Shown here one piece after another: positions 60,377 to 64,000 of a stretch of DNA of 64,000 bases. The stretch is from positions 1 through 64,000 of the forward strand of contig JAYWIR010000144.1 of assembly GCA_036172245.1 (NCBI GenBank), given 5' to 3'. Numbering within the stretch: the first letter of the stretch is position 1; each line of letters begins with the position of its first letter. The stretch comes from Raillietiella orientalis (taxonomy: Eukaryota). The position numbers were made by a program, and so were the translations under genes. The notes beneath the pieces are model-generated. The model did not search any database. It saw only the letters and a list, made by a program, of their open reading frames with translations, and was not told the origin of the DNA.

Positions 60377-63300
60377 TCTGGAGCGTGACGCCTCCCAGGA
60401 ATTCGCGAAGGTGTTCCGTCGCACCTGAGAGTCGCTTCCAGTTACCCGGCAGACGCCATTCCCAGGATGGCGGTCCCTTGTCGCGAAGCCGCATCTCGAA
60501 ATTCAACCGGGAATGGTCCAACAACGTTGACGCAACTTTCCCTTGTTTGCCGACCCGCAAACAAAGGTCTGTGTCGAGGAAGACGTGGTCGCTGCTGCGG
60601 ACCATTCCCTTCTCACCCGCGAACAAGTTGCGCGCACGCATGGCGGCGCACAACTCGTTCAACGCGTTCACTTGTGTTTCCGGCTCACCTGTTAGCAGGC
60701 GAAGATTGAAATCTCCCGCTATCAGGTGAGCCTTTCGCACGGTCCTTTCCGCCAGATAGTCGCGTTTCAGGGTTTGCAGCAACCTGTTTCCTCAGCTGTT
60801 GCCCTGCTTGCCGTTGGGGGCATACACGTTTGTGACGATCAGATCGATCGAGTCGTACCACCTGAGAATCGGCTGGTCGACTCGACCGTCGTCATCAAAG
60901 AGTACGCCCTTCACATCAGTGTCGATGGCTGGCTTGACGAAGAACGCGATCCCGCAGGTACTGCGGGCGCGGCATTGCCAGTGCAACCGACGATGGACTG
61001 CAGCGTTATGGTCCATGTCACTGGTATTATTAGCTTTATGACGCTGTCTGCGTTCAATGGCGAGCTAAAGAAATAAGATGTGCACGCGTTCTGGCCGAAA
61101 CGCAGGATTTTCTATGGATATGACAGCCTATTTGGGGTACAGACAGCAGCGCGTGTTACAGTGCATGAGGGTGGTGCGCTGCTTCACAAACTCGAGGTCT
61201 GCTAAGAATCGGTAGGCCTCTAACACGTAAAGAAACCCCTTTTTTTTAACTCTTTCCATGCAATAGAGCACTTACGTAAAAGTTGCCCGCACATTGTGTG
61301 CCACTTAAGCGGAGAAAAGGGTCACATGCGCCGTGTGTGCCCTAAGCGCCCCACTCCAGTGCCGCCTGCTTCCTAAAAGACGCTGGCAACACGAGGAAAG
61401 TTGGTTTAAAGACCAAATACAGAATCTGGTCTACAGAAGCTGCAAGCCACCCTTCCTCCCACACAGGCGTCGGAAGAAAAAACTTCCGAAGACGCGATAG
61501 ACGAGGTGGGTTGGCAGCTGGTTGACGCCAGAAAGGAAAAGCCTTAAAAAAAGGCATCAGTCGAAGAGGAAAAGGTCGCGACCGACGCGCGAAAAACGAA
61601 AAAGTCGCGTCCGAAAAAACTCTGTCAGTGCTCGGTTGCACTGGAGCGCGTAGACGTTCCGGTGGCACTGGAGCGCGTAGACGTTCCGGTGGCACTGGAG
61701 CGCGTAGACGTTCCGGTGGCAGCCACCCGGGACGACAAGCCTCTCCTCGCCGCTTCCGCTGTGCCGGAGATTTCGGACTGCGAATTCTCTGTTTACACAG
61801 AGAGTGAGACGCGCGACGCGCTTGCCGACGTTGAGGATGTGGACGCGTTCGCGAAGGCGGTGGAGGAGCTCGCGGCCACGCTGGCCGAGCGTGAGAATCC
61901 CTCGCGCAAGGCAGTGCGAAGGCTGGCTCCGCCCAAGAAGGCCCACGCAGGTGAGTTCGACCTGGGGTTCGGAAGCACATCTCCCTCGTTGGAAGCACCC
62001 CTCGGAATGCGGGACGTAAGTTCCAATAGCCGAAAAGGGGCCTCCCTCCACCAGCGAGGAGGAGAAGCAGGAAGTAGACGGCAGCCTAAGAATCCTGGAG
62101 GGGGAACTCCCACACTCGAAAGTCGTCGAGCAGGCCACCCCATGGACGGTGTTCAGCAGGCGCTGAGCCAGGCGTGCATCTCTACATGCAAGCTCCATTC
62201 GCCAACCGCCACTTAGCACTGAAAGACCTTCGAGGTCTTCTTTTACGTTCAACCGCGTTGCAGGATAGACCTCTATTCAACAACCTCTATGCAACAGCGC
62301 TCTCTCTTGCCACTTTAGGGGAAGAATCCTGGATCATGTGAATACCGCGGACCACTTCAGGTCATCCGTTCGGATACCGAGCAGTTCGCCCCATCTCTTT
62401 AGTTTTCTCGGCTGGACACACGGGGTCGTAGCGTGGAAGTTTTTCGTCGACTTCCCAGATTCGTTTTTCGGCTCCTCTTCCTACGGGACGCCCAGTAGCG
62501 AGCCGTATCTGTTGCAGCGTTTTCCTGTTTCCGCTGTATTTTTGCCGTCTGGAGATGATTTGACGAAGAAGGTGATGACTACGACAGGAAAGTGATTAAA
62601 TATGCAGTTCGCTTCAAGTGGATGGCAACCCGACCGTTCAACTATAAACAAATATGATGAAGGACCTCGACGACATCCTGCAGTAAATGCACCCTGCACC
62701 AACCAGGTAGAGATCTCTTGCCGATCCTCCAAGGATTTTTTTTTTTAATTTTATTTTTTTTACTTTATTTTTGTTTTTATTTTTTCCCCTATCCACGTTT
62801 GCTGCAGTGAAGAGTCAAGCCGTTCTGCCCGTCAACATCCCGCCCGGTTCGCTGTTGTGTTAGCCGTTGTGGGGCCCTTGTTCCGAATCGGTTGTTCTGT
62901 TTATAATAAATGCCCCTCCGTGACTGGGAGGCAACATGGAAACGGAAGTTCCGCACCTACCCTTTTACCCTGTTCCGGACAAGGAATAGCATTCTGCAGG
63001 CATTCTGTGAGCTTTGCCGTTAATTGTGTGTCCTACCTGAGAGATCGGCGGCTTGCTGTTCGGAGAAGGCGTGTATCTTCAGCTGCAGGACCAGATGGAA
63101 CTTCACGCAGTACGTGAGTCAACAACCGCCTATTATCATCAACCTGCAACCCGTTGACGTTTCAGCAGATCATGAGGACGTGACGAAAGGATACGAGCTT
63201 ACTTATTACTGCTGCGGAAATGGCGGCGCTTCCCCCGCCTCGTCCGGCGAGGCATCAGGCTGGAGCGCGTCGTGTTGGGGAGCGCAACCGCACTCGTTCT

Positions 63301-64000
63301 CCTGCACGCCGCGCGCGGCGCTCTCTTTGGAGTCAAAGAATACTGTCCTGGACTTAGAGGATTATCGAAAACCGTTCGCGGCATCTGGCTTCCTCCTGGA
63401 AACTTTGGGTTTCCGCGCACTCCAAGGTTTCCAAAGGGCTTGGGGAACCTTTGTGCTGCCATCGGACTCCAACTCTGAGTCGAAATTTCGTGTGCACGAT
63501 AAATGTTTTTTCTACCTGCTCTTTTGCTGGCATCTTGGACGTGCTCCAAAATTCAGCGAGGGTGCCACCGTCGACGATCCCCCTCTTAAGGTCTCGGCGT
63601 TGTCAACTTCCCTTTCGGGGCAGGCGGCACCGACCGCGCACTCAACCGCAGCGGAAACTTTTTCCTGCGAATTCCTTGACGTACGGGGATGCCTCCTCAC
63701 CCCTCCTACTTTTCGGATGGGTAAATGGGAAGGATCTTTTGTTTTTCTCTGTTTCTTCTCCGCTTCCCCCTACAAGAATCCAGACGGCTTCTTCGTCTTT
63801 CAGGTTGCCTCGGCTCGATACGAGGGCCTTTCGAATTATTCCCGTTGGGCTATGAAAGCCAGTTGCTTTCTCGCTACCTTTGCCTTTTGCACGTTCTTAT
63901 CGCAAGGTACGGACAAATTCGCAGGATTCTTGAGAGTCGAGCGAGGCTTAGGAGTCTTTCCCGACTAACGACTCGCTAAGGACGGACTGTCTTCACATTT
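60377..64000. repeat. Right arm of the near-identical inverted repeat; runs to the window edge
   Basis: Reverse complement of 1849-5494 apart from a 50-nt indel, one 27-bp repeat unit, a homopolymer length and a rare substitution. Confidence 0.95.
61640..61720 (+). repeat. 27-bp tandem repeat, three copies (two copies in the left arm at ~4177-4230)
   Basis: CTGGAGCGCGTAGACGTTCCGGTGGCA x3, encoding LERVDVPVA. Confidence 0.9.

Noticed and set aside
1849..64000. Inverted arms as terminal inverted repeats of a giant DNA transposon (Polinton-like) or virus
   Set aside because: The arms are themselves mosaics of LINE fragments, and no transposase, integrase, PolB or capsid gene was seen.

Overview
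Eukaryotic DNA. Bases 1-~1850 are AT-rich host sequence containing what looks like the 3' end of a small gene with very short introns. From ~1850 to the window end the sequence is a GC-rich mosaic of more than 25 nested, mostly decayed non-LTR retrotransposon segments of L1/Tx1-like architecture: ORF1 with an RRM-like region and CCHC zinc knuckles, and ORF2 with APE endonuclease, reverse transcriptase and a C-terminal Cys/His motif. Several subfamilies are present on both strands. Three near full-length two-ORF copies can be reconstructed (11066-16629 minus; 43530-49093 plus; 41541-52365 minus, interrupted by the previous one), plus a divergent single-frame element (31295-36730 minus). The main signal is at the junctions. 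Five element ends abut the same 15-nt window, which is the R-K-A-F-D codons of the RT motif of sibling retrotransposons, always in antisense orientation. This suggests a retrotransposon group that is site-specific for the conserved RT motif of other retrotransposons and builds head-to-tail arrays there. Elements share a 5' GCGGACGTGTTT motif and a 3' AATAAA plus hairpin end with no poly(A) tail. The cluster is bracketed by a near-identical inverted repeat of at least 3.6 kb (1849-5494 and 60377-64000) and also contains an older inverted duplication. All boundaries were read by eye; no alignments or database searches were run.
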